A stretch of 64,000 nt of DNA from the human T2T-CHM13v2.0 reference genome, Homo sapiens, in NCBI RefSeq assembly GCF_009914755.1, contig NC_060927.1. One strand, 5' to 3'. The translations under genes were made by a program, and so were the position numbers. Under the pieces are notes generated by a model. It had not been told where the DNA came from and ran no database searches. It saw only the letters and a list, made by a program, of their open reading frames with translations. Shown here one piece after another: positions 41,144 to 54,195 of the stretch (positions are counted from its first letter, which is position 1; each line of letters begins with the position of its first letter).

Positions 41144-43209
41144 AAAACATTATATATCATCTTTGTTAAATAAAGTTCCACTTTTTGGAATAAGTATACA
41201 CAGTTGTGCAAGTGAGAAGCAGCTCAGAGGTGAATCAGGTTTTGTAGCTACTACGGAAGATAACTACTGATTTCTCTGAGATCTATTTACCATCCTGATC
41301 ATTATGAGGTCTCCAAAAAAAACTGTATGTTTGCCACATTACCTATATTTATTATACCATCCAAATTTGGTTAAACTATTGTACCCATTTTCAAATAGTG
41401 GAATAACAGAGAGAAAAACCTTGTGTATTTCGTTTTTAATAGTAGTATAATATTTAGTCACATTATTAACTTGAATTTGGGTTGTAATATTAATATTATA
41501 ACTTAGTGCTTGATTTTGCTGTAGTCCTCATAGATATCCTTATTAATTTTAAAGATTTTAAAAATCTCATTTTCTTTTTCTTATCTGCTTTAATTTTCTA
41601 AATCATTCTGCAGTACAACTAAACATACTAACTTGGATTTTGTAGGGGAAGTCTGTATATGTATGTGGTGTGAATTAATGCAAATATTGGAAGAAATTAA
41701 ATTAGGTTCATTTCAAGAGCATTTGGTATGAAAAGCTAGGCTAACAAAGTAAGTGTTGCCTGTGATAGATTCCTAGAAACTTGTTGAAATTAGTAGATTG
41801 TAATGGTTTTCAATTAACATATGGCTTGTTTCTGTGCAAATAAAGGTTTTCAGAGTGCTTAAGGGAATGTTGGAGAAGTTCATTTAATTACAATAGTTAC
41901 GAATATTACCTCTGATATCTGTTTACCCCTGTATTTATACATATCTTTTGTTTTATAGATCATCCTTTTTTCAACTAACCTATTCTAAATTAGTAGATAC
42001 AAAGTAATGCAATGGTTATCTCTAGGTTGTAAAAATATGAGACGTTTCAATTTTCATCTTCTTATGTTATTTTACTTTTTTATACATCTAATAACGTTTT
42101 CCCTAAACAAATAATTTTCATCTGAATCTCAGATAAAAACACCCAACAGCTGCCTTTTCAACAAATCAAATGTTTTTTCTTCAAAATTGAATTGTGGCAA
42201 ATCATTGCGTTTAAAAAATAAAAAAAATCAGTTCATACTTCTGGAAAATGAAAGATCTAGAGTATATCTACTTTAGAATATCTTAATGTTTGAGTTAGAT
42301 GAACTAAGCTCTGAAACATTTTCCAAATCTTGTTTTCCAGCTGGAGAAATGGAGGCTCAATGTTTTAGGATGGGTGAGGTAGTTTAATGCTTGTGACTAC
42401 CTTGGGACTTGGCACCTCTTCATATATCAGGATGATCTCTCGATCTAGTGCACACTCTATCTCTATTGTTTATTTGCAAATTACAAATCTACGTAGGCAA
42501 ATGATCTACTTAGGCAAATGAAGCATATATAGCAAGAACATGGATTCATCAGGTATCTAGACAGGTCATATTTTGTATAATATGTGGTTTTCGGTTCTTA
42601 GGCATTCAGATAGTCTTTGATCAGTTTTTTCTCTCTTGACCCAGTAAAATTTCCTGGAGCTATTTTTGACAATCTGTAACTTTTATGTGTATAAACACAT
42701 GCAGAATTTTATCTTTTATAAATTCAGATGCCTTTTTATTGAAATCCAGAAACAGACTTTCGGCCTATTTGAGATGATTGACCATATTACATTTTTTTTC
42801 TAGGCTACCTATAGTTCTAGGAAACTAGCTCCATAAAGTTCTATAAAATAACCACATAATTAGATAGAATTCCCTCTCTAAGTCAACCAAATATGAAGTC
42901 TCAAACAAATATTTTTAATTCACATATTTATGCTCTATGTATTCAAAATTGAAAGTATTTAACACAAATATTGTTCTAAAGTTTTTTTAACCATGTTAAT
43001 TGGTTAATATAGAATATCACATTGATTATGTTTAGGTTTGGAAGAATTAGCTCAATTTTTTTCTACAGAGAGGAACAAATTACTTATGCTTCTAGATGTT
43101 GATGTCAATATTTGATTGTTGGCAATATTGTCATTCATCTGGTTAGAGTTTATGTTCATTAATATATTAATGGTGTTTATTTTATATATCATTGTGTTTT
43201 ATTTATATT

Positions 43210-43794
43210 TGTTAGAAATGCTTGTTCCTCAGTGCCATAAATAAATAGCACTTGAACATAAATTTAATTTCCTCAGCAAGGCCATTTTTACTTTCTGCAG
43301 AAAGGGTACACTCGCCAGCTGTTTTGCAAGAGTATACCAAACAAAGGAGACAGGGTCATTTATAACCTGATGTGTCATCTTACTGCTGTGTCTGGTTTCC
43401 ATTCCCTGGAATGGGACTTCACATTCTGTCCTTGTCCTGATTGGCTAGCAACTTAGAACTTTCTAAAAGAGGCAAAGGCAGAGGAGAACAAAGGAAGGAG
43501 GAAGTAACTTGTAGAATGCTAAGAAAGGTAAAAACATCTTCAAATAAGGAAGAGGAACAGGCTATGACCTAATGCTTGCTTGGACTAGTATAAGCATGCC
43601 AGGGCAAATATTTAGGCTAAACTGTGGGAGCTAAGAACATAAAGTACAATGATTTCCTTATTAACGCTAGCAGATATTTAAGAATGTTAGTACAGGTCTT
43701 TGAATACATTTTGCTTCTAAGAGAAGTTACTATTTATTCCTAATTAGATGGGGAGGAAAGTCTTTGAAGAGGATCCCCTACTTTACATTTTACA
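43210..43794 (-). mobile_element. LTR10C-like solo LTR (HERV-I/ERV1)
   Basis: Reverse strand 'tgtaaaatgtaaagtaggggatcctcttcaaagactttcctccccatctaattaggaataaatagtaacttctcttagaagc'; TG...CA ends; ~585 bp. Confidence 0.85.
43572..43601. promoter_or_regulatory. Candidate p53 response element (three abutting half-sites)
   Basis: ATGCTTGCTT GGACTAGTAT AAGCATGCCA; each matches RRRCWWGYYY at 9/10, with no spacer. Confidence 0.55.
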
Positions 43795-44220
43795 TATATA
43801 TATATGTATTACACATATATGTAACAGTGTTTCATCAATATATTTTTTCAGTAGGACAAAGTAAATCTACACAGGACAGAGAAATTGATTTACTTTTTGA
43901 AAGTTCCTAAGCAAAAATTATCTATCAATGAACCACATCTAAAGAGCCACTTTTTACTACTTGTTTATACACTGTCTCTCCTTCTTCTTTCCCCCTACCA
44001 TTGTTTAAGCCACAGATTTTTAAAACTAGAAAGGTCTTTATAAAAGTTTCTATTCAATACTTTCATTATATGTAAAAACAAAAGGGTATCTAAACACATT
44101 AAAAGATTCACTCATATTTGTTCTTTGATCATTATTAGTCTAAATCTTCCAAAGAAAATTGCTAGAGATCTTGAAAGGTAACCTAAATCTTTCTAAAATC
44201 ATTTTTTATCTCATTTCCTA

Positions 44221-44599
44221 TGTTCTGCATGCTTTCATCTCCCCCAAATTTGTATGTTATTATCTTAACCCTATATAGTACCTAAAATACCTAGGTGATA
44301 GTATTAAGAGGTTTGATTTTTGGAAGGTAATTGAGTCATAAGGGTGAGACCCTCATGAATGGGATTAGTGCTCTTATAAAAGTGACCCTAGAGAGTTACC
44401 TAACCCCTTCTGCCATGTGAGAACTCAGCATTAAGATGTCTTCTAAGAACCAAAACATTGGTCTTCTCCAGACACAGAATCTGCTAGTTCTTTCATCTTG
44501 AGCTCCTCAGCCTCCAGAACTATGAGAAAGATATTTCTGTTGTTTATAAGCTACCCAGTTTATGTATTTTGTTATAGCAGCCCAGCTGGACTGCAGCAC
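44221..44599 (+). mobile_element. MLT1A0 LTR
   Basis: 'ccctcatgaatgggattagtgctcttataaaag', 'cagcctccagaactatgagaaagatatttctgttgtttataagctacccagtttatg'. Confidence 0.88.
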
Positions 44600-44934
44600 A
44601 ATTCTTAGAATGGAGTAGAGTATACATATTCCAGGCGAAGTCCAAAGGCTATTCCCTCTGTGTATCCTGTAATGATTTGGGCTGGAGTACAGAGAAGCAG
44701 AGGTTTTTGGAAGATAGACCGATTTTTCTTTGGGGATTCCATCCACTTGCCCTTTCTTTCTGTCCATTAGAACTAATATCTTTAAATAATTGGCAAGGCC
44801 CTTGAGTTAATTTTTCAAGTATCTCCTTCAGTGTATCCAGTCAAATTAAATATGGCAGAAGGAGCCCAGATCCTACCGATCTTTGCATTCAGTTTGCTGT
44901 GGTTTGGTATAAAGCTATTGGAAACGGCTTTCTA

Positions 44935-45308
44935 ACAGGATCTTGAATTCATAGCCTCCACCACCACCTCCTTGCATTTGGGTGGGGCTATATGTCTAGT
45001 TTTCACTGACTGAGTAGGGGCAGAAATGTTACACCATTGTAGGAACAAGATGGTGAAAAAAACATATGCTGTCTTTACCATTCTCTACCTTCCCTTTTCC
45101 TCTTTATTGACTGCAGTGCAGGGAAATCAGTGGCTATGGGGATACCAATCTATACAGTAGAAGGAAACACTGGGGAAGAGAGCTGATCATGAGTCAGGAA
45201 CATCATTAATGAACTATTACAAGAATGATAAATTAACTATTGTTATGTTAAGCCACTCAAGTTTGGTCATTTATTTAATATAGCTACCAACATTATGCTG
45301 ACTCAAAT
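44935..45308 (+). mobile_element. MLT1I/J-like LTR
   Basis: 'cctccttgcatttgggtggggctatatgtctagtt', 'tgttatgttaagccactcaagtttgg'. Confidence 0.6.
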
Positions 45309-45919
45309 GGCTTTTTGGATTAATGATGTCTAATAAAAATAAATGCATGTTTCTTTAACGCCTAGAAATGTTTCCTTGTGCCTATAAATGAAGAAACAGC
45401 CTTATTTTTGTTGAGAAAGGTAGGAAAGAATAAAATATTATGGGGAAAGGTAAAGACAGTGTCTTTGAAGCATATGTTGATGTTTTTGTGTCCTATCATT
45501 GTTTATCTCTCAAACAATTTTCCTACCTCACATGAGATGCATCTTCCTCTTTCACAGTCATACTGGGTGACTGATTTATAGAACACACTGCCGTTGAATC
45601 CATAAGCCTTTTCCCAAGCTATTTCTGTGAATGCAATTTAATGCCCTTTTAGGTTTATTTGCAATTCACTCTCATGTTAGTACAGGCATTTTTTGATGTG
45701 CTTTCATAAAACTATTAAGATTTATATGTGGGCAGACTCTTGAAGACCATACTCCTTGTGTTAAGATTTGGGGTATATAAGATAAATCTCCATAAGGCTG
45801 TTCATACAATTCAGCATAACATGGGTGACTTTGTTTTATATTGGTTGAATTGTTCTTAGGTAGTTGCTGTGTAACTGTTGGTTATAAATATGGCTGGAAT
45901 AGTATTACTAACAATGACA

Positions 45920-46140
45920 ATGGTAATAGCCAGCATATTTTTTAGACTTTACTATGTGCTGGATAATGTTAAAGTTCATAACTCATTTTATCTTCATAGA
46001 AAACATATGAGGTAGGATATTTACATTGCCCTCATTTACAGATGAGTAAAAGAGACACAGGGGAGTTAAGAAACATACCTAAGCTTCCATGGTAGTAAGC
46101 TGGTGTTCAAACCCGGAGTTGACTGTTTGTAGCCATTGTA
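45920..46140 (-). mobile_element. MIR
   Basis: 'tttactatgtgctgg...tatgaggtagg...catttacagatgagtaaaagagacacag'. Confidence 0.8.
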
Positions 46141-46339
46141 CCTAGCAATTAAGATCTGGAAATTGTGATAGGAAAGAATGAAACATTTATATATTACCCT
46201 TTCTTTTTGGGAACAACTAGGCATATACATGAGATAAATGTCTCAACAAAGAAAATAATGAAAGAGCAAATTAAGGAGAAATAGTAACACTTGACCTGGG
46301 TACCAGATAGGATAAGCAAGGACTGACAGGAGAGTAAGA

Positions 46340-46530
46340 ACAGAAGCTTACATGTCGAGTGCTTTGCATACACAACCTCATGTAATAACCTGCAAGACCA
46401 TCCAGCAAAATTGGTTCTATCATTGAGTTTTAAAGCAAGGCAGCTAAAGTTCAAGGAATTTAAGTAACTTTCTTGTCCAACTAAGAGTAGATATAAGTGC
46501 TGGGATTTGAACCAGGTCTTTAAAATACAA
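46340..46530 (-). mobile_element. MIR
   Basis: 'gtgctttgcatacacaacctcat', 'ttaagtaactt', 'gctgggatttgaaccagg'. Confidence 0.6.
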
Positions 46531-46612
46531 AATAGCATATTCCCTGCCCCTAACTTCTTATCTAATCAACATGATAAAAGGACCTTCCAGGAGAGAGAGT
46601 AATGTGGGAATA

Positions 46613-46769
46613 TGGGAGAGGCTTTGCTTGTGTTTCACCAGGAGAAAATCAGCTTCCTGTTTGGATACCCACTAGACATTTAAAGTTCCCCAGTGAACCC
46701 ACTGGAGACACAAAGTAAGCCCACTCCGCTAGAAACTGTTAAAAAAATTTCAAGAAAAGAAAAATAAAA
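46613..46769 (+). pseudogene. Isolated HERV-K (HML-1/2-like) pol integrase C-terminal fragment with A-rich tail
   Basis: 46611-46718 translates to [35 protein letters not shown], matching recalled HERV-K integrase '[30 protein letters not shown]'; flanked by GGGAATA direct repeats. Confidence 0.85.
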
Positions 46770-48489
46770 GGGAATACTTACAGAAATTGGCATGGTAAGC
46801 ATTAAGCATCTTGGATTGTTTGGAATACAAGGATCATAGGAGATGAAAGGAGAGACGAATGGGAGTAAGGAGATGAGTAGTGAATGGAAGGGATAAAGCA
46901 TTACACTGAGGATTTTGTATCTGTTCAAAGAACATGAAGGAGACGGTGTACAATCGTAGTGTGTGGAACTGAGTTTTGTAAAAGGAGCACCCATCTGCAA
47001 CTGAAGGAAGAAACAAGGAGCCAAGACAAAAGGGGGAGTTTCATTCCAGGAATTAAGAATCAGAATAAATATGAAAAATATAGCACCTAATAAATGTGTA
47101 TTTAGCTATAAAGGAACAATAAATACAAATAAATATAAGAAGTGGTCTCTGCAATTTAATACATTTAATTTCTCCAATCACCCCCAGGGAGTTTGCCATT
47201 TTGAAAAACTGTGACTCACAAAATGGGTCAACCCAAGGCATAATTTCACAGTGATAATGAGCAGTGGAAAATTCCATGTAAAAAGTTGACTTTTAGCATA
47301 TTTGTCTAACCCTCTCTTTCCACATCTGTACTCTATTAAATTGTTAATTCATGCAAAAATGGTGATAACCCATATCAACATTAGATGGTTGTCATCAACA
47401 CACTTAAAAATTTGGGCGATTCTGGCCAAATATAGTGCACAAGAGATTGAATTTTACAAAGTATTTATCTTAGCTGTGCCTGTTCATAGTAGAATAGCTC
47501 TGTCAGAGGAGTAGCTTATCCTTGGCTGGCTATGTTCCTAGAAGAACTGTAATAAAACTCCTAGTTGAAGGAAATAATAAGTTCCAAGGGACCATCTTAT
47601 TCCCACTGGTGTTTGAGGGAGCTTTGGTAGAAACCAGAAAGTCATACTGTAAGAAAACCACTGAGCAGCATTTATTTCCTGTCTTTCCTTCCCCAAGTAG
47701 CACAAGCCAAAGGTTAGCTCAGCTGAATGTCATATTTTTAAACATGCCCACTGTTGCCTAATGTTAAAGATACTCCCTGATGCATGGGTATGGGTCTTGT
47801 GACACAGCCCTCTCCCGCCCAAACTAATCAGCCTAGAGGATACCACATCGCCAATCCAAAGACAATCAAGACACAAGTAAGGCTTGGTATACAAGGCTTC
47901 AGTGAATCAGAGATTATCTTAATTTTATCAGATTCATTCATTTTCACTCTGTGTAGAATTTGAGCTCACAGACTGCTGTTCCCTGATGGTGACTATTGAG
48001 TTATTGGACCATGAAGACTAAGCAGGTGAAGCTGGGGTTAGAGAGAGGATAAGCTGGACATGCAGAAACAACACACTAGCTACACCTCAGAGGCGGCAGT
48101 TTAATTTTTTATTTAATTAACTTTCAATTAATTTCCCAGTTCTTGAAGGATCCTAATTACTTTGTACAAAGCTCATTTTCTTGCCCAAGAATTTGATGAA
48201 AATCTATAAGCTCTCAGATAATTACTTTCTTTTACATGAAATAATTTGGCTAGGTTTATAATCCTCACACCTGAAAGTATCTTGGCTAACACATACACCA
48301 ACTGGAAAAAGAAACTAATTGGCTCATAGGTGAAACTCCCAGTTGGGAGAGACCCAAGGTCACCCCCTATTCCAATGGAGTGTTGTATTACTTGCAAAGT
48401 AACACAAGAAAAAATATTAACTTGCCCTTTTCTCCCCATCTGAGTCTGCATATTTTTCATAAGAACTTATGTATGTAATGTCCAACAGA

Positions 48490-48670
48490 AGCTGTCCATA
48501 GTGGTTAAGGCAACACAAGCTAATATAATAGGCAAATCTGGAAATCTCTGCAGCTTAACACAATGAAAATTTAATTCGTGTAGAGCAAAAGGTGGTGGGT
48601 ATGCAGCGTGGGATCTTCTGATCCACACAGTCATTTAGGGATCTAAGCTGACAGAGGATTTGCTGTTTTT
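48490..48670 (-). mobile_element. MLT1K-like LTR, part 1 (split by L1PB)
   Basis: 'aaatctctgcagcttaacacaatgaaaattta', 'ccacacagtcatttagggatctaagctgac'. Confidence 0.65.
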
Positions 48671-48671
48671 A

Positions 48672-49080
48672 TTTATTTATTTACTTATTTTACTTTATAA
48701 TTTATTTTATTTTATTTTATGTATTCTTTTCATAAGTTATTGAGGAACAGGTGGTATCTGGTTACATGTGTAAGTTCTTTAGTGGTGATTTGTGAGATTT
48801 TGGTGCACCTATCACCCATCTATACACTATACTATATTTATAGTCTTTTATCGCTTGCCCCTTCCCACTCTTCCCCCCAAGTCCCCAAAGTCCATTGTAT
48901 TATTCTTATGCCTTTGTGTATGCATAGCTTAGCCCCCACATATCAGTGAGAACATATGACATTTGGTTTTCCATTGCTGAGTTATATCACTTGGAATAAT
49001 AGTCTCCAATCGCATCCAGGTCGCTGCAAATGCTGTTAAATCACTCTTTTTATGGCTGAATAGTATTCCCTCATGTATGG

Positions 49081-49123
<43 letters not shown>

Positions 49124-50451
49124 TATATATATACACATATATATATATACACACACACACACGCATCCATCATGTATGGATATATATATATATATATATA
49201 TATATCACAGTTTCTTTATCCTCTCATTGATTGATGGGCATTTGCGTTGGTTCCAAGATTTTGCAATTGTGAATTGTGCTGCTATAAACATGTGTGTGCA
49301 AGTATCTTTTTCGAATAATGTCTTCTTTTCCTCTGGGTAGATACCCAGTAGTGGGATTGCTGGATCAAATGGTAATTATACTTGTAGTTCTTTAAGGAAT
49401 CTCCACACTGTTTTCCATAGTGGCTGTACTAGTTTACATTCCCACCAGCAGTGCAGAAGTGTTCTGTGTTCACTGCATCCATGCCAACATCTACTGTTTT
49501 TTGATTATGGCCATTTTTGCAGGAGTAAAGTGGTATTGCATTGTGGTTTTGATTTACATTTCTTTGATCATTAGTGATGTTGGACATTTTTTCATATGTT
49601 CATTGGCCATTTGTATATCTTCTTTTGAGAACTGTCTGTTCATGTCCTTAGCCCACTTTTTGATGGGATTGTTTGTTTTTTTCTTACTGATTTGTTTGAG
49701 TTGGTTGTAGATTCTGGTTATTAGTCCTTTGTCAGATGTACAGATTGTGAAGATTTTCTCCAACTCTGTGGGTTGTCTATTTAGTTTGCTGACTGTTCCT
49801 TTTGCTGTGCAAAAGCTCTTTAGTTTAGTTAGGCACCAGCTATTTATCTTTGTTTTTATTGCATTTGCTTTTGGGTTCTTGGTCATGAAGTCCTTGCCTA
49901 AGCCAATGTCTAAAATGGTTTTTTCAATGTTATCTTCCAGAATTTTTATAGTTTCAGATCTTAAGTTTAAGTCCTTAATCCAGCTTGAATTGAGTTTTGT
50001 ATAAGGTGAGAGACGAGGATCCAGTTTCATTCTCCTGCATGTAGCTAGCCAATTATCCCAGCACCATTTGTTGAAAAGGGTATCCTTTCCCCACTTTATG
50101 TTTTTGTTTGCTTTGTCAAAGATCAATTGGCTGTAAATATTTGGGTTTATTTCTGGGTTCTCTATTCTCTTCCATTGGTCTATGTGCCTATTTTAATACA
50201 AGTACCACACTGTTTTGGTGACTATAGCCTTATAGTATAGTTTGAAATCACGTAGTGTGATTCCTCCAGATTTGTTCTTTTTGCTTAGTCTTGCTTTGGC
50301 TATGTGGGCTCTTTTTTGGTTCCATATGAATTTTAGAATTGTTTTTTCTAATTCTGTGAAGAATGATGGTGGTATTCAGATGGAGATTGCATTGAATTTG
50401 TAGATCACTTTTGGCAATATGGTGATTTTCACTTTATTGATTCTACCCATC
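48672..50451 (-). mobile_element. L1PB1-like 3' segment (tail, 3' UTR, ORF2 C-terminal half)
   Basis: (TTTA)n tail; 'gaacaggtggtatctggttacatg...aagttctttagtggtgatttgtgagattttggtgcacc'; track ORF 49554-50126 is L1 ORF2-like ([14 protein letters not shown]...). Confidence 0.92.
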
Positions 50452-50455
50452 TATG

Positions 50456-52195
50456 TATCAGCACTCTCTCAGACCACAGTGGAATACAACTGGAAATCAA
50501 CTCTAAAAGGAACCTTCATAATCATGTAAATACATGGAAATTAAATAACCTGCTGAATGAGCACTGGGTCAAAAATGAAATCAAGATGGAAATTAAAACA
50601 TTCTTTGAACTGAATGACAATAATGATACAACCTATCAAAACCTCTGGGATACAGCCAAGGCAGTGCTAAGAGGAAAGTTCATAGCCCTAAACGCCTAAA
50701 TCAAAAAGTCTGAAAGAGCACAAACAGACAATCTAAGGTCACACCTCAAGGAACTAGAGAAATAAGAACAAACCAAACCCAAACCCAGCAGAAGAAAGGA
50801 AATAAGATCAGAGCAGAACTAAATGAAATGGAAAAAAACAAACAAAATTTACAAAAGATAAATGAAACAAAAAGCTGGTTCTTTGAAAAGATAAAACTGA
50901 TAGGCCATTAGCAAGATTAACCAAGAAAAGAAGAGAGAAAATCCAACTAACCTCACTAAGAAATGAAACAGGAGATATTACAACTGACACCACTGAAATA
51001 CAAAAGCTCATTCAAGGCTAGTATGAACAACTTTATGCACATAAACTAGAAAACCTAGAGGAGATGGATGAATTCCTGGAAAAATACAACACTCTTAGCT
51101 TAAATCGGGAAGAATTAGATACCCTGAACAGACCAATAACAAGCAGCAAGATTGAAATGGCAATTTAAAAATTACCAACAACAAAAAAAGTCCAGGACCA
51201 GATGGATTCACAGCAGCATTCTACCAGACATTCAAAGAATTGGTACCAATCCTTTTGACACTATTCCACAAGATAGAGAAAGAAGGAACTCTCCCTAATT
51301 CAGCTATGAAGCCAGCATCATCCTAATACCAAAAACCAGGAAAGGACACAACCAAAAAAGAAAACTACAGACTGATATCCTCGGTGAGCACAGATGCTAA
51401 AATCCTTAACAAAATACTAGCTAACTGAATCCAAAGCATATCAAAAAGATAATCCACCATGATCAAGTGGGTTTCATACCAGGGATGCAGGGATGATTTA
51501 ACATATGCAAGTCAGTAAATATGACACGCCACATAAACAGATTTAAAAACAAAAATCATATGATCATCTCAATAGATGCAGAAAAAGCATTTGACAGAAT
51601 CTAGCATCACTTTATGCTTAAAACTCTCAGCAAAATGGCATACAAAGGACATACTTTAATATAATAAAAGCCATCTGTGACAAACCGACAGCCAACATAA
51701 TACTGAATGGGAAAAGTTAAAAGCATTCCCTCTGAGAACTGGAACAAGACAAGGATGCCCACTCTCACCACTCCTCTTCAACATAGTACTGGAAGTCCTA
51801 GCCATAGCAATCAGACAAGAGAAAGAAATAAAGGGTATCCAAATTGGTAAAGGGGAAGTCAAACTGTCACTGTTTGCTGATGATATGATCTTTACCTTGT
51901 AAACCCTACGGACTCCTCCAGAAAGCTCCTAGAACTGATAAAAGAATTCAGCAAAGTTCCTGGATACAAGATTAATGTACACAAATCAGTAGCTCTTCTA
52001 TTACATCAACAACGGCCAAGCAGAGAATCAAATCAAGAACTCAACCCTTTTTACAATAGCTGCAAAAAATAAAAATAAAATACTTAGGTGTATACCTAAC
52101 AAAGGAGTTGAAAGACCTCTACAAGGAAAACTACAAAGCACTGCTGAAAGAAATCACAGATGACATAAACAAATGGAAACACATCCCATGCTCAT
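50456..52195 (+). mobile_element. Inverted 5' segment of the same L1PB (ORF2 endonuclease end to RT), with stops and frameshifts
   Basis: 'ctctcagaccacagtggaatacaactggaaatc', RT 'ctgtttgctgatgatatgatc' (LFADDMI); 16-bp TSD GGATTTGCTGTTTTTA at 48656-48671 and 52196-52211. Confidence 0.92.
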
Positions 52196-52211
52196 GGATT
52201 TGCTGTTTTTA

Positions 52212-52466
52212 ATGCATGACTCCCAGGAATACTCTGGTTGTTGGCAGGCAGCCGAGAGTCAAGGGGAGGAGAGAACTGGGATACTACAAAGAAGGCTCCA
52301 TGGGTCAAGTCTGGGAAGACTGCAAACCAATTGTGTCTAAAGACTATTGGCCAGAATTTAGTCGTAAGGGTCATCCTGACTTGAATAAGGCTGGGGAATA
52401 TAGTCTAGCTATGTGCCCATGAGGAAGGAAAAAAAGTTGGAGAACAGCTAGCCAATTTGTACCATA
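52212..52466 (-). mobile_element. MLT1K-like LTR, part 2
   Basis: 'ctattggccagaatttagtc', 'aggctggggaatatagtctagctatgtgccca'. Confidence 0.7.
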
Positions 52467-53719
52467 ATACCCCACCTTTTAGTATTGGATTACCTTAAAA
52501 TATCCTCTCTGTTAACCTGAAATATATTGCTGCACATATAAATATATTATTCATGCATTCTCTTTCAATTAAACATAAAGAACTCACCTTGCATCCCAGC
52601 CGAATATTCAGAACAACTATTCAGAACAACTGCCATCCTGTAATGTAGTTATTACAATAAATGAGAACATTTTAGATAATTCTTGGTGTATAAAGATATT
52701 CCATCCATGATGCTGAAACAAGAAGTCTTTAGGTCAAACAATCTGAGACTGGGAGATTGCATGGAAATGAAAAATAGACTTAGATGTGTTTTAAAATACT
52801 TAGAAGTGATTACTGATAGAATAAATGTAACATGTACACCTTTCTAAATCACCAGTGGAACAGCTGAGCAAAGGAAAAATGATAGCTATATATAGGACTA
52901 CAGTCTGTTTTAGTACAATGCATACTTCTATGATGTGAATTAACTCACATGTTATTTATAAATAGGGTAATGATGTCAGCATAATGTGGGAATCACATCG
53001 ATTTAAACACTGTTTTGCTTAGGTCAATAAAGGCCTGCACCATCAAGTAATAGTTACACACAAAGTACGCCACACAGCTGATTTCAACAAACTGTTTTTC
53101 TACTGTCTGCAATACCCATGTATTTCATGATCTTCTATAAGAACCGGTTTTGATTTTAAACTCTATCTTGAGCATGCTGTGTACAACATTGTTTACTGTG
53201 GTTGATTTCCACTGGAAATGTAATTTTTTGGCTTGTTTGTTAAACTGAGATAGTATATTAGGATTATTTTTGCTAGTAAGTTGCAGAGTTGAATAGGGTT
53301 TTCATGTTCTGTTCTCAATCCTAGTTTTCTCCTGAACCCTATTACTTTTAATACTGTTTCAGAATTTGAAATTCTTAGCAATGCATATATTTCATTCCAT
53401 GAGGTATGCCTCTCTTTTCAGTTTCAACTGTGAAAAACCCAGCATAAGCTGCCTCAAAAAAAACCCTGATATATATTAAATTATATAACTAGAAAGCCTA
53501 GTGGCTTCATTGGCTTCAGCATAGTTTTACTCATGAATGAAAGACAGTTTTTATGTAACTATTTCTTTACTTTTAGTTCTGCTTTTCTCAATGGACTTCA
53601 GTTTGAATTGCAGGCTTTCCCTATGAGGTAGATAAGTGGGTAATATCAGCCTAAGGCTTGTTCTCATTATATATACGATGATGATATACATAATTTTATA
53701 TATATATATATATCATATA

Positions 53720-54195
53720 TTAATCTGGAATACATTGCAAGAAAAAAGAGCATAGTCAAAAAGGATAATTAAAGAACCCTTAATATTGAAACTATTTGCA
53801 AGTTTCAGGCAGGTTAAGAGACAGCTATGAGGGGTAATGAAACACTCTGGGATAGTAGAAGGAAGATTGTTCGCACTGCTAGGCTGAAGGAGTAAGTGGA
53901 ACGACAGGTCACCAGAACCAGTGAGTAGTGCAGTTGTGGGAGAGGGTTACCAAACTAGAGCTGTGGCCTTCAGTAGAAAATCACAGCTACTGCCAACCTG
54001 GAGCCCAGAAGGGAGAGAACCAGGAGAACAAATACTCCGTCCTTTCTTCTTTTTCTCTGATCTTAATATTGCCTCCCATGGGCCAAACCTAATTGAAAGT
54101 AAGAGAATTGAGTTAAGGCAGTCCATAGAGGTTAGCTTCAACAGAGCAAGGTGAGAATTAAGGATGGAGGGGAAAAGGGAGAATATCCAATGACA
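53720..54195 (-). mobile_element. Old ERVL-type LTR (LTR67B-like)
   Basis: 'gagctgtggccttcagtaga', 'tgcctcccatgggccaaacctaa', 'gtccatagaggttagcttc'. Confidence 0.5.

Noticed and set aside
49554-50126. 190-aa ORF as a functional gene
   Set aside because: It is an internal piece of decayed L1 ORF2 in a truncated, inverted element with stops and frameshifts elsewhere
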